DNA of 64,000 bases from an uncultured delta proteobacterium. Its GTDB lineage: Bacteria > Desulfobacterota > Binatia > UBA9968. Of this stretch, positions 48,739-56,715 are shown one piece after another. The notes under the pieces were generated by a model that ran no database searches, was not told where the DNA came from, and saw only the letters and a list, made by a program, of their open reading frames with translations. The stretch spans positions 288,001 through 352,000 of the forward strand of contig CAWFJP010000014.1 of the NCBI GenBank assembly GCA_963816145.1, given 5' to 3'. Position numbers and translations under genes: made by a program. Position 1 is the first letter of the stretch. Each line of letters starts with the position of its first letter.

Positions 48739-49662
48739 ATGAAAGAAGTTAGGGGCGTAGTTCTGCCGAGCCCGACGGTGTTTCGCGCGGATGGCAGCGT
48801 CGATGAGCCGCTCATGCGCGAGCTGACCGACTGGTTTGTCGCCTGCGGGGTGCATGCTTTTTTTATTCTGGGATCCTACGGCCAGGGGGCGGCACTGAAT
48901 CCGGAGGAGCGCAAGAAGGTCGCCGAGATTATTGTCCAGCAAGTGAAGCATCGGGTGCCGGTGGTGGTGCATATCGGCGCTGTGGATCCCTACACCGCCA
49001 TCGATTTAGGCAAGCATGCCAAGGCGATCGGCGCCGAAGCGATCGGCCATGTCGGGCCTTACTATTACGCCGACCGCTCGGAATACGAGATCATCGAGCA
49101 TTTGAAAATGGTCGACCGCGCGGTCGGCATGCCCATGCTCATCTATAACAACCCGCGCTATTCCGGTTATAACATCCATCCGCAATTCATGGCGCGTTTG
49201 GTGGAAGCGGTGCCGAATATCTTCGGCGCCAAGCTGGCGATGGGCAGCGTCGATGAAGCGATGGCCTATCTGAAGCTGGTCAAGGCGCGGTTCGCGCCCT
49301 ACGCGCTGGCGAGCAATTTGGTTTCGGCCATGTCGGTGGGTGTCGCCGGCACCATCAGCCCGCCGCTGGCGGTGACCCCGGAGATCGGCGTCGAGCTGGT
49401 CCGCGCCATCGATGCCGGCGACGCGGCGCGCGCCTTGGCGCTGCAAAAAGATGTGATTCGCATTCACGATATTTTTCTGCGTCTCGCCGGTCCCTTCGGC
49501 CGGACCATCTATTGCGAAGCGATGCGGCTGCGCGGCTTCGATGTGAAAATGTATCCGCGCTGGCCGTCCAAACCGCTGAGCCGGGACGCTTACGATGAGC
49601 TGCGCGACCTTTTCACCGAACTAAAAATCATCGGCGCGCAAGCCCAAGCAAGGAGCGCATAG
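48739..49662 (+). CDS. Dihydrodipicolinate synthase/NAL family aldolase or lyase
   Basis: GGAGG RBS; F..DGSVD, LGSYGQG, EERKKV, LIYNNP, GAKLA (Schiff-base Lys position). Confidence 0.85.
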   Translation: MKEVRGVVLPSPTVFRADGSVDEPLMRELTDWFVACGVHAFFILGSYGQGAALNPEERKKVAEIIVQQVKHRVPVVVHIGAVDPYTAIDLGKHAKAIGAEAIGHVGPYYYADRSEYEIIEHLKMVDRAVGMPMLIYNNPRYSGYNIHPQFMARLVEAVPNIFGAKLAMGSVDEAMAYLKLVKARFAPYALASNLVSAMSVGVAGTISPPLAVTPEIGVELVRAIDAGDAARALALQKDVIRIHDIFLRLAGPFGRTIYCEAMRLRGFDVKMYPRWPSKPLSRDAYDELRDLFTELKIIGAQAQARSA

Positions 49663-49667
49663 AACGG

Positions 49668-50612
49668 ATGACTATGAAGCGTTTTTTTCCAATTGTCGCA
49701 ATTTTCGGTTTGGTTTCGCTTATGGTTTCCGCCGCGCGCGGCGAGGAGCAGGTGCGGGTCGCGTTGTCGGTGCGCAACGTGGTGTTTCTGCCTTTTTACT
49801 ACGCTAAGACGTTGAAGATTTACGACCGCTACGGCCTTAACGTCGAGTTGATTCAGATGCGCAGCGACTTGCAGTTGGCGGGTTTGGTTTCCGGCGAGAT
49901 CGACTTTACGCCCTCCGTCGGGCCGGCGGGGACGGCCATCGCTAATTCGCTGCCGCTCAAGGCGTTGGCGATTCTTTACCGGGCGCCGTTGTTCTCCTTG
50001 GTCAGCCCGGCGGGCACCGCCAACGTGAAAGAGTTGGAAGGCAAGAAAGTCGCGGTGTCGCGCATCGGTTCGGAGAGCCACCGCTACGGCTCGCTGATGA
50101 TCGAAAGCGCCGGCGCGGACCCGAAGAAGGTGACGTTCATTCAAACCGGCAGCACGTCGATCAGTCTGGCGGCGATTCAGCAGGGGACGGTGAACGCGGC
50201 GGTGTTGAGTCCGCCGTTTACCGGCATGATGGCGGAAAAGGGCTACAAGATTCTTGCGCGCAGCCGGTCGTTGGCGGAGGCACCATGGCTCGGTCTGGTC
50301 GCCAACCGCCAAAAGATCGAGAAGAATCCGGAGCAGGTGCGCAACATGCTGCGCTCCATGCGCGATGTCGTGGCGGTGATGCGCCGGGATCGTGCCGGAG
50401 TGATCAGCTATATCGAGAAGGATTTCAAAGTGAGCACGGCCAATGCCACCGAATCCTACGAGGACATCATGGGCGTGACCATGGATAATTTGACTTTGCG
50501 CGATGAGCAGATTCAAAAGTATCTTGATAATTCGCTGGCGCGCGGCGAGATCGGCAAGCGGCTGACGGTCAACGAGATGTTCGATTTCTCGTTCTTGCGT
50601 AATTTGAAATAG
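49668..50612 (+). CDS. NitT/TauT-type substrate-binding protein
   Basis: Signal peptide, YGLNVELIQM, ELEGKKVAVS, FDFSFL. Confidence 0.85.
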   Translation: MTMKRFFPIVAIFGLVSLMVSAARGEEQVRVALSVRNVVFLPFYYAKTLKIYDRYGLNVELIQMRSDLQLAGLVSGEIDFTPSVGPAGTAIANSLPLKALAILYRAPLFSLVSPAGTANVKELEGKKVAVSRIGSESHRYGSLMIESAGADPKKVTFIQTGSTSISLAAIQQGTVNAAVLSPPFTGMMAEKGYKILARSRSLAEAPWLGLVANRQKIEKNPEQVRNMLRSMRDVVAVMRRDRAGVISYIEKDFKVSTANATESYEDIMGVTMDNLTLRDEQIQKYLDNSLARGEIGKRLTVNEMFDFSFLRNLK

Positions 50613-50645
50613 CTGGGGCGATGAACGCGGCCAAAGGATATTTCC

Positions 50646-51590
50646 ATGTCTGACAAACCAACTCTTTCGCTCGCCGCGGGGTATCATCTGCGCGCCAAGG
50701 CTCTGTGCGATGGCCGCGTGCAGCTCAAGAATTTCGACCTGCGCGCGATCGCTTATGAAAACGACGGCTTGGGCCATGACGAGTTCATGGCCGGCAAATT
50801 CGATGCCGGCGAGTTTTCCCTGGCGATGTATCTTGCGCTCAAAAGCCGCGGCGCGCCGTATATGGCGATCCCGGTGTTTCCCAATCGCAAGTTTCGCCAG
50901 TCTTATATTTTCGTGCCCGATCGCTCGCCGCTGACCGATGCCAAAGAGCTCAAAGGCAAAAAGGTCGGCATTCCCAGCTGGCTCAACACCGCGGGCTTAT
51001 GGGCGCGGGGCATTTTGAGCGACGAGTACGGCGTCAAGCCGGCGGATATTCACTGGGTCATGCCGCGCAACAACAAAGTCGATGTCACGTTGCCGGCGGG
51101 GACCCGGCTCGATGTTGTCGCCAGTGACGCATCCTTGACGGCGCGCATGCTCAAAGGCGAATTCGATGCGATCATTGTGCCGGACTTTCCCGAAGAGCCG
51201 GGTTGGCGCCGACTGTTCGGCGATTCGAAGGCGGTGGAGCAGGACTTCTTCCGGCGCACCGGCATTTTTCCGACCAGCCACGCGATTACCTTTCACGCGG
51301 CCTATCTGGAGAAGCATCCGCTGGCGGCTCAAGAAATGTTCGATGCCTGTGTCGCGGCCAAGAATCTAGCGCTGCGCGATGACGCCGACGCGACCTATTC
51401 CAATTTTGTCTGGAACCGCCAGGTGTGGGAGGAGCAGCGTGCGGTAATGGGTGGCGATCCTTGGAAATTCGGCATCAAGCATAACGAGAAAGTTTTGAAC
51501 ACGATTGTGCGCTACGCCGGGGAGCAAGGGTTTTTGGCGAAGAGTGTTTCGCTCGAAAATTTGTTTATTCGCATCGATGAAAGGGATTGA
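50646..51590 (+). CDS. 4,5-dihydroxyphthalate decarboxylase-like protein (binding-protein fold)
   Basis: FDAGEFSL, AIPVFPNRKFRQS, TAGLWARGIL, TGIFPTSH, GGDPWKFG; no signal peptide. Confidence 0.75.
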   Translation: MSDKPTLSLAAGYHLRAKALCDGRVQLKNFDLRAIAYENDGLGHDEFMAGKFDAGEFSLAMYLALKSRGAPYMAIPVFPNRKFRQSYIFVPDRSPLTDAKELKGKKVGIPSWLNTAGLWARGILSDEYGVKPADIHWVMPRNNKVDVTLPAGTRLDVVASDASLTARMLKGEFDAIIVPDFPEEPGWRRLFGDSKAVEQDFFRRTGIFPTSHAITFHAAYLEKHPLAAQEMFDACVAAKNLALRDDADATYSNFVWNRQVWEEQRAVMGGDPWKFGIKHNEKVLNTIVRYAGEQGFLAKSVSLENLFIRIDERD

Positions 51591-51606
51591 AAAATCTAAA
51601 GCGGCG

Positions 51607-51780
51607 CCCCCTTATCCTAGCCTTCTCCCGCGAGAGGCTGTGTCGTAATGAGCAAATGCCCCACATTTGTCATCCCGAGCGCAGCGAGGGATCTCGTGTT
51701 TTCAGCCACATACGAAGAAGAGATTTCTCGGCTTCACCTCGAAATGACAGTTGTGACACAGTCTGCGAGGGGAGAAGGGA
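51607..51780. mobile_element. Nested element: boxC-like palindrome > 130-bp MITE (51635-51764, 5-bp TSD) > REP-like palindrome
   Basis: TIRs AGGCTGTGTCGTAA / TTGTGACACAGTCT flanked by GCGAG direct repeats; inner TGTCATCCCGAG...CTCGAAATGACA. Confidence 0.72.
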
Positions 51781-51845
51781 CGGAATTGAGGGAAGTCGCG
51801 GCCTAACAATAAAGGTTCTGACCCTTAAGCTACAACTATCGACAC

Positions 51846-53306
51846 ATGGCAATTACGACACATGAGCATGGCGGTCACGGCCACGATCACGAAGGCGCAG
51901 TCGGGCCGCATACCCACTTGACCAGCGTCGGCATCGACATCGGCTCTTCGACATCGCATTTGATGTTCTCCCGGCTGTTGATCGGCTATCCGTCGGTCTT
52001 GCAGCGCAAGCCCTTGGTGCTCGAACGCAACGTGATCGCCCGCTCGCCGATCTTGCTTACACCGTTTTCCGGCGATTGGAACATCGAGGCGGGGCCGCTC
52101 AGAGAATTGATTGAGTCGACATTTGCCGAAGCCGGATTGAGCCGCGATGCCATCGACACCGGGGCGGTGATCATTACAGGCGAGGCGGCGCGGCGCGACA
52201 ATGCGGCGAAGATCGCCGAGTTGTTCGCCGATGAGACCGGTAAATTTGTTTGCGCCACAGCGGGGCCGAGGTTGGAGACCATCATGGCGGCTCATGGCTC
52301 GGGCGCCGTCCAGCAGAGCCGCGAACAGAAAATGACGCTGCTTAACATCGACATCGGCGGCGGCACGACCAAGATTAGCGTCATCGAAGAGGGGCGGATT
52401 CGCGCCACCACGGCAGTCAATATCGGCGCGCGCTTGGTGGCGCATAACGGCGCCGATGAAATCGTCCGCTTGGAAAAAGGCGGACAGCGCTTTCTCGCCG
52501 ATCTCGGCAATAATCTCGATTACGGCGCCAAAGTGCCGGCGGAACTCAGGGCGCGCCTGGCCCATCGCATGGCGCTCGCGCTGTTCGATGCATTGGCTAC
52601 CGGCGAGCCACCCTGGGAGGAATTTTACGTGACGCCGGGTTTGGGCGCGCTGCCCAAGATCGATGGCATACTCTTCTCCGGCGGCGTTTCCGAATATATT
52701 TATGCGCGCGAGAGCACATCTTTCGGCGACCTCGGGCCATTTCTCGGGCGTGAGATTCGCCGTGAAGCGGAAGCGCGCGGGTTCAATATTCTCGAAGCCG
52801 GCGAAGGCATCCGCGCAACGGTCATCGGCGCGTCACAATACACGGTTCAGTTGAGCGGCGAGACGATCTTCGTGCCGGACAGTCTCGAACTTCCGGTGCA
52901 CAATTTGCGGGTTTTTGTCGTGCAATGCGACTGGGCTGCGCCGATTGCCGATAAGGTTGAAAAAGCGGTTGTGCGAGTGCTTGGCGAGCGTGACCCGGAA
53001 GTGCGAGGCTCGCCATTCGCTCTGGCGTTTTCGACGCCGCCGTTTGTCGGCTATGGCGCAGCGCAAGATATGGCCAAAGGCATCGACACGGCGTTGGCGC
53101 GGTTGGCCGCGGCGGACCGGCCGGTCGCTTTGGTCTTCGGTCAAAATGTCGGGCAAGTGATCGGCGGCATGCTCTCGGCCAAATGGAACATGCCCTGTAT
53201 CGACGAAGTGACGCTATCCGAGTTGGATTTTATCGACGTCGGTGAAGTGGTGCCGGAAGAGGGGTTCGTTCCGGTGGTGATCAAGAGTCTGGCCTTTGGC
53301 GTGTGA
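51846..53306 (+). CDS. eutA: EutA-like ASKHA ATPase (reactivase family) with His-rich N-terminus
   Basis: SVGIDIGSSTS, SPILLTP, DTGAVIITGEAARRDNA, FVCATAGP, NIDIGGGT, FSGGV, IRATVIGA, VPVVIKSL. Confidence 0.85.
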   Translation: MAITTHEHGGHGHDHEGAVGPHTHLTSVGIDIGSSTSHLMFSRLLIGYPSVLQRKPLVLERNVIARSPILLTPFSGDWNIEAGPLRELIESTFAEAGLSRDAIDTGAVIITGEAARRDNAAKIAELFADETGKFVCATAGPRLETIMAAHGSGAVQQSREQKMTLLNIDIGGGTTKISVIEEGRIRATTAVNIGARLVAHNGADEIVRLEKGGQRFLADLGNNLDYGAKVPAELRARLAHRMALALFDALATGEPPWEEFYVTPGLGALPKIDGILFSGGVSEYIYARESTSFGDLGPFLGREIRREAEARGFNILEAGEGIRATVIGASQYTVQLSGETIFVPDSLELPVHNLRVFVVQCDWAAPIADKVEKAVVRVLGERDPEVRGSPFALAFSTPPFVGYGAAQDMAKGIDTALARLAAADRPVALVFGQNVGQVIGGMLSAKWNMPCIDEVTLSELDFIDVGEVVPEEGFVPVVIKSLAFGV

Positions 53307-53421
53307 GTCCGTTGGTTGGACAGCGCAAACTTGCATGTGATAGAAACTAAAGGCCAACGCCGCGGCGAGAAAAAGTTGTAGGATGAGAGTCTTCGCTTGA
53401 CATGATTCGTGACAATGGAGA

Positions 53422-53502
53422 CCCCCACCTTCATCCTCCCCCGCAAACGGGGGAGGAAAGAGGAGGGGGGGATTGGCCGCAAAGAACGCCAAAGGCTCAA
53501 AA
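53422..53502. repeat. C-rich/G-rich palindrome plus GCAAA-type tail, copy 2
   Basis: Near-identical to 48643-48720. Confidence 0.88.
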
Positions 53503-53521
53503 TCGATTAGGGAGTTACATC

Positions 53522-54238
53522 ATGGGCGGGGCACCCAGCGGGTTAGAAAAGATGTGGCAGGAACTTGTCAGACTGTGCAACGAGCAGTTCGACTCCGACC
53601 CGTTCAAACGTTTGTTGAATGCCAAATTCACCAAGCTGCGGGCGCAGCATTACTCGATTCAGATGGCCTACTACGTGCAAAACCGGCGCGACTGTTGGGG
53701 CTACGTGCAGGGCTCGGCGCCGCTCCCGGTCAAACAGATTATCTGGCACCATGAAGAGGACGAACTGATCGGCCAGAAGGCCCAGGGCAAGATGGATCAT
53801 ATTACGCTGGCGGTCAAAGAAGGCGAAGTATTCGGTCTGACCGCCGAGGCGTTCGAGAAGACCGCGCGCATGGAGGGCGGCGAGGTCTGTTTCAGCGCGT
53901 GGATTCACCTGTCGCAGAAATCCTGGCTGGAAGCGATCGCCGCATCGGCGATTCTGGAAATGCGCAATTCGGCAGAATTGATTCCCGGTGGGTCGTTGTC
54001 CCAACGCATCGGTATGATCTTCGAACGGGATTTGAGCATACCGATGAAAAAGCAGATCAACAACTCCGAGCATGTGGTGATGGATGTCGAGCATGCCCAT
54101 CTGTTGATGCAGGTGGCCAAACAGTATGCCACCAGCGCGTCGGCGCAAGCAGCGATCTTGAGCGGCGCCCGGGAAAGCTTGATGATCGATCGGATTTATC
54201 GCGGCCACTTGGCTGATTTGATGGAAAGTTTAGACTGA
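53522..54238 (+). CDS. Heme-oxygenase-like diiron protein, copy 2
   Basis: AGGGAG RBS before ATG 53522; HEEDEL...MDH, ILEMRN, HVVMDVEH. Confidence 0.72.
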   Translation: MGGAPSGLEKMWQELVRLCNEQFDSDPFKRLLNAKFTKLRAQHYSIQMAYYVQNRRDCWGYVQGSAPLPVKQIIWHHEEDELIGQKAQGKMDHITLAVKEGEVFGLTAEAFEKTARMEGGEVCFSAWIHLSQKSWLEAIAASAILEMRNSAELIPGGSLSQRIGMIFERDLSIPMKKQINNSEHVVMDVEHAHLLMQVAKQYATSASAQAAILSGARESLMIDRIYRGHLADLMESLD

Positions 54239-54270
54239 TAGGTCACTAGCAGCATTGGCATGGAGGAACG

Positions 54271-54975
54271 ATGAATTTGGTGCAGGATCTTTGTCGAGAA
54301 CTCGACCAAATGGTCAACGACCAATTCGACAGCGTCGAGTTCAAAGCATTTCTCGGCGTGCCGCTGACCATGGAGCGGGGCCGGTTCTACGTCGTGCAGA
54401 ACGCGCTTTATACCGCCAATCGGCGCGACTGCTGGGGCTATGTTCAAGGCGGCGCACCCTTGGAAGTCAAACGGGTGATTTGGGAGCATGAGAGCGATGA
54501 GTTGATCAACGATCCGCGCGCCGGCATGGACCATTTCAACTTGACCGTGAAGCAAGGCGAGGTCATCGGCCTCAAGCGGGAGGATTTCGACAGCGCGCAA
54601 GTGCCGGCGATGGTGCAAGCGTGCTTTCATGCCTGGCATCATATCGCCATGCGCGGCCACTGGCTGACATCCTATGCAGCTTCGCATATGCTCGAGCGGC
54701 GCAACAACGGCAAGATCGTCAAGGGTGGCGGCATGTCGTTCCGGGTCGGCAAGAAGTTCGAGAACGAACTGGGGATTAACTTGAAGCGGATGATCTCACT
54801 GGATGTCCACGTCGTCGCCGACACCGAACACTCGGAGAATATTTCCGAGATGTTCGAGAAATACGTCAAGACACCGGAGGATTGCGAACGGGTGCTGGAT
54901 GGCGCGCGCGAGTCCATGGCCATCGACCGGGCTTATCGCGGTGCGCTCGGCTTTTATATGGAGCGCATCAACTAA
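54271..54975 (+). CDS. Heme-oxygenase-like diiron protein, copy 3 (paralog of copy 2)
   Basis: GGAGG RBS; HESDEL...MDH, MLERRN, HVVADTEH. Confidence 0.72.
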   Translation: MNLVQDLCRELDQMVNDQFDSVEFKAFLGVPLTMERGRFYVVQNALYTANRRDCWGYVQGGAPLEVKRVIWEHESDELINDPRAGMDHFNLTVKQGEVIGLKREDFDSAQVPAMVQACFHAWHHIAMRGHWLTSYAASHMLERRNNGKIVKGGGMSFRVGKKFENELGINLKRMISLDVHVVADTEHSENISEMFEKYVKTPEDCERVLDGARESMAIDRAYRGALGFYMERIN

Positions 54976-55007
54976 TGTCTACTGGTAAAAATTAGGGAGA
55001 ATCGATA

Positions 55008-56102
55008 ATGAAGAACCTAAATTTGAACGAAGCTTCGGCTTACTCGGCGAAGAGTCCATACGAAATTTATCAGGAGTGGGAAGGGATTCCGGTGGAAAAG
55101 GGTTTCATCGTGCCGGATTTGTTAAAGCTCGAGTTGGGCGATTGGCAGCGCAGCGGCGGCAAGGCCGCTTTCGTCAATCAAGACGGCGCCGGCGGCATGT
55201 GCGATGCTATGGTCGAAGAAATCCCAGCCGGCGGCCAACTCAAACCACAGCGGCATATGTACGAAAAAGCGGTTTTTATCCTCCAAGGCCAGGGGGCAAC
55301 GACGATCTGGAACGAGGGCGGCAAGAAGCACACTTTGGAGTGGCAGCGCGGCAGCCTGTTTTCGACGCCGCTCAACACCTGGCACCAACATTTCAACGCC
55401 CAGGGCAGCGAGCCGGTGCGGATGGTTTCTCTAACCGATGCGCCGGTGATCATCAATCGCTACCGCAATCTCGATTACATTTTTAACAACAATTTTACTT
55501 TTATGGATCGTTACGAAGGCGGCGCCGATGCTTGGAACGGCGCTGGCGGACGTTACTTGGGGTCGGAGATCAAGCGCGGCCGGGTTTGGGAGTCCAATTT
55601 CATCGCCGACCTATGGGCGTTCGAGCCGAAGGATTACAAAGAACGCGGCGGCGACAACCGCACGACTCTATTCGAGTTCGTCGACAACACCATGAGCGCG
55701 CATCTGTCGGAGTTTCCCGTCGGCAAGTACAAGAAGGCCCATCGTCATGGCGCCGGCGCCCATATCGTCATGTTGACCGGCTCAGGGTACTCCTACCTCT
55801 GGCCGGAAGGCGAGTACGGCACGAAGCGGCGCGTCGAGTGGGGTCGGATGAGCATGTTCACGCCGCCGATGCAGTGGTGGCACCAGCATTTCAATCCCGG
55901 CGCCGAGCCGGCGCGTTATCTCGCGCTCAAACCCTGGGGGTTCAAGTACAAAGTCGAAGACCTGAAGGATACCGGCGAGGACGTTAAAAACGGCGGCGCG
56001 CAGATCGAATATCAAGACCAGAATCCCGAGGTCCATCAAATTTTCCTCGGCGAATGCAAAACCCGCGGCGCCCAACCGCGTATGCCGATGTTCGACAAGT
56101 AG
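55008..56102 (+). CDS. Bicupin protein (gentisate 1,2-dioxygenase-like architecture)
   Basis: Two cupin motif pairs: QRHMYE...PLNTWHQHFN and KAHRHGAG...WWHQHFN. Confidence 0.8.
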   Translation: MKNLNLNEASAYSAKSPYEIYQEWEGIPVEKGFIVPDLLKLELGDWQRSGGKAAFVNQDGAGGMCDAMVEEIPAGGQLKPQRHMYEKAVFILQGQGATTIWNEGGKKHTLEWQRGSLFSTPLNTWHQHFNAQGSEPVRMVSLTDAPVIINRYRNLDYIFNNNFTFMDRYEGGADAWNGAGGRYLGSEIKRGRVWESNFIADLWAFEPKDYKERGGDNRTTLFEFVDNTMSAHLSEFPVGKYKKAHRHGAGAHIVMLTGSGYSYLWPEGEYGTKRRVEWGRMSMFTPPMQWWHQHFNPGAEPARYLALKPWGFKYKVEDLKDTGEDVKNGGAQIEYQDQNPEVHQIFLGECKTRGAQPRMPMFDK

Positions 56103-56212
56103 CCGAGCAGGGCGGTTTGCAGGGGCGGGGGAAGGAGATCAGTTGGTCAGGACTGCCACGGGGAGGCTTTTTTCTCGACAAAATGGTTCAATGATGGTAA
56201 AAAGTTGCTAAA

Positions 56213-56617
56213 TTGATAGCGCTTCCCGTGACGTCACTTCCTAAAATCTCCGCCGGATCGGCGCGAAATCGAAACGCCGGTTTCACGCTACTTGAACTCC
56301 TGGTTGTCATTGCGGTATTGGGAATTTTGGCCGCTATCGCAATACAAAACTTTGCCGTCCACCGCGCCCGTGCTATCGATGCCTCGATGCGCTCCGATCT
56401 GCGCAATGCGGCGATGGCGATGGAAAGCTACTACGGGGAGTTTCTCGAATATCCCAGCACCGACACGCCGCTTCTATTGATCGGCTACCGTAAGACCACT
56501 GGGGTCACGCTGACGATCAATGTGACGACGCCATCGACCTATACATTGACTGCGGCAAGACCTTCCGGGAGCCAGGCCAGTTTCACCTTCGACAGCAGTA
56601 CCGGGTTGATCAACTGA
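56213..56617 (+). CDS. Type IV pilin-like protein (start uncertain)
   Basis: Prepilin cleavage/methylation motif AG-FTLLELLVVIAVLGILAAIAI. Confidence 0.88.
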   Translation: MIALPVTSLPKISAGSARNRNAGFTLLELLVVIAVLGILAAIAIQNFAVHRARAIDASMRSDLRNAAMAMESYYGEFLEYPSTDTPLLLIGYRKTTGVTLTINVTTPSTYTLTAARPSGSQASFTFDSSTGLIN

Positions 56618-56670
56618 TTTATTGGCGTTGCTTCGTCAACGGCTCTTTTCACACGCCGATTGCCGAAGAG

Positions 56671-56709
56671 AAAAAAAGCCGCGCAGCTAGCGCTGGGCGG
56701 CTTTTTTTT
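56671..56709. terminator. Bidirectional intrinsic terminator
   Basis: AAAAAAAGCCGCGCAGC-TAGC-GCTGGGCGGCTTTTTTTT between convergent genes. Confidence 0.8.
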
Positions 56710-56715
56710 ATGATG

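Noticed and set aside
49590-50777. Long antisense ORFs (e.g. 49590-50777, 6676-7788, 46051-47052, 8898-9791)
   Set aside because: They lie opposite well-supported genes and have no family motifs, as expected for shadow ORFs in GC-rich DNA.
51587-51865. 92-aa ORF between the decarboxylase-like gene and eutA (likewise 3042-3278 and the N-terminal extensions at 48664 and 53402)
   Set aside because: These are translations of palindromic repeat DNA; RBS-supported starts lie downstream for the real genes.
47665-54270. RiPP or PqqA-like precursor peptide for the HDO enzymes
   Set aside because: The intergenic gaps of the cluster contain repeats and no credible short ORF with an RBS; no pqqB/D/E or peptidase is present.
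56195-56209. Sigma-54 promoter (TGGTAAAAAGTTGCT) before the pilin gene
   Set aside because: GG-to-GC spacing is 9 nt rather than the required 10, and the site is very close to the candidate starts.
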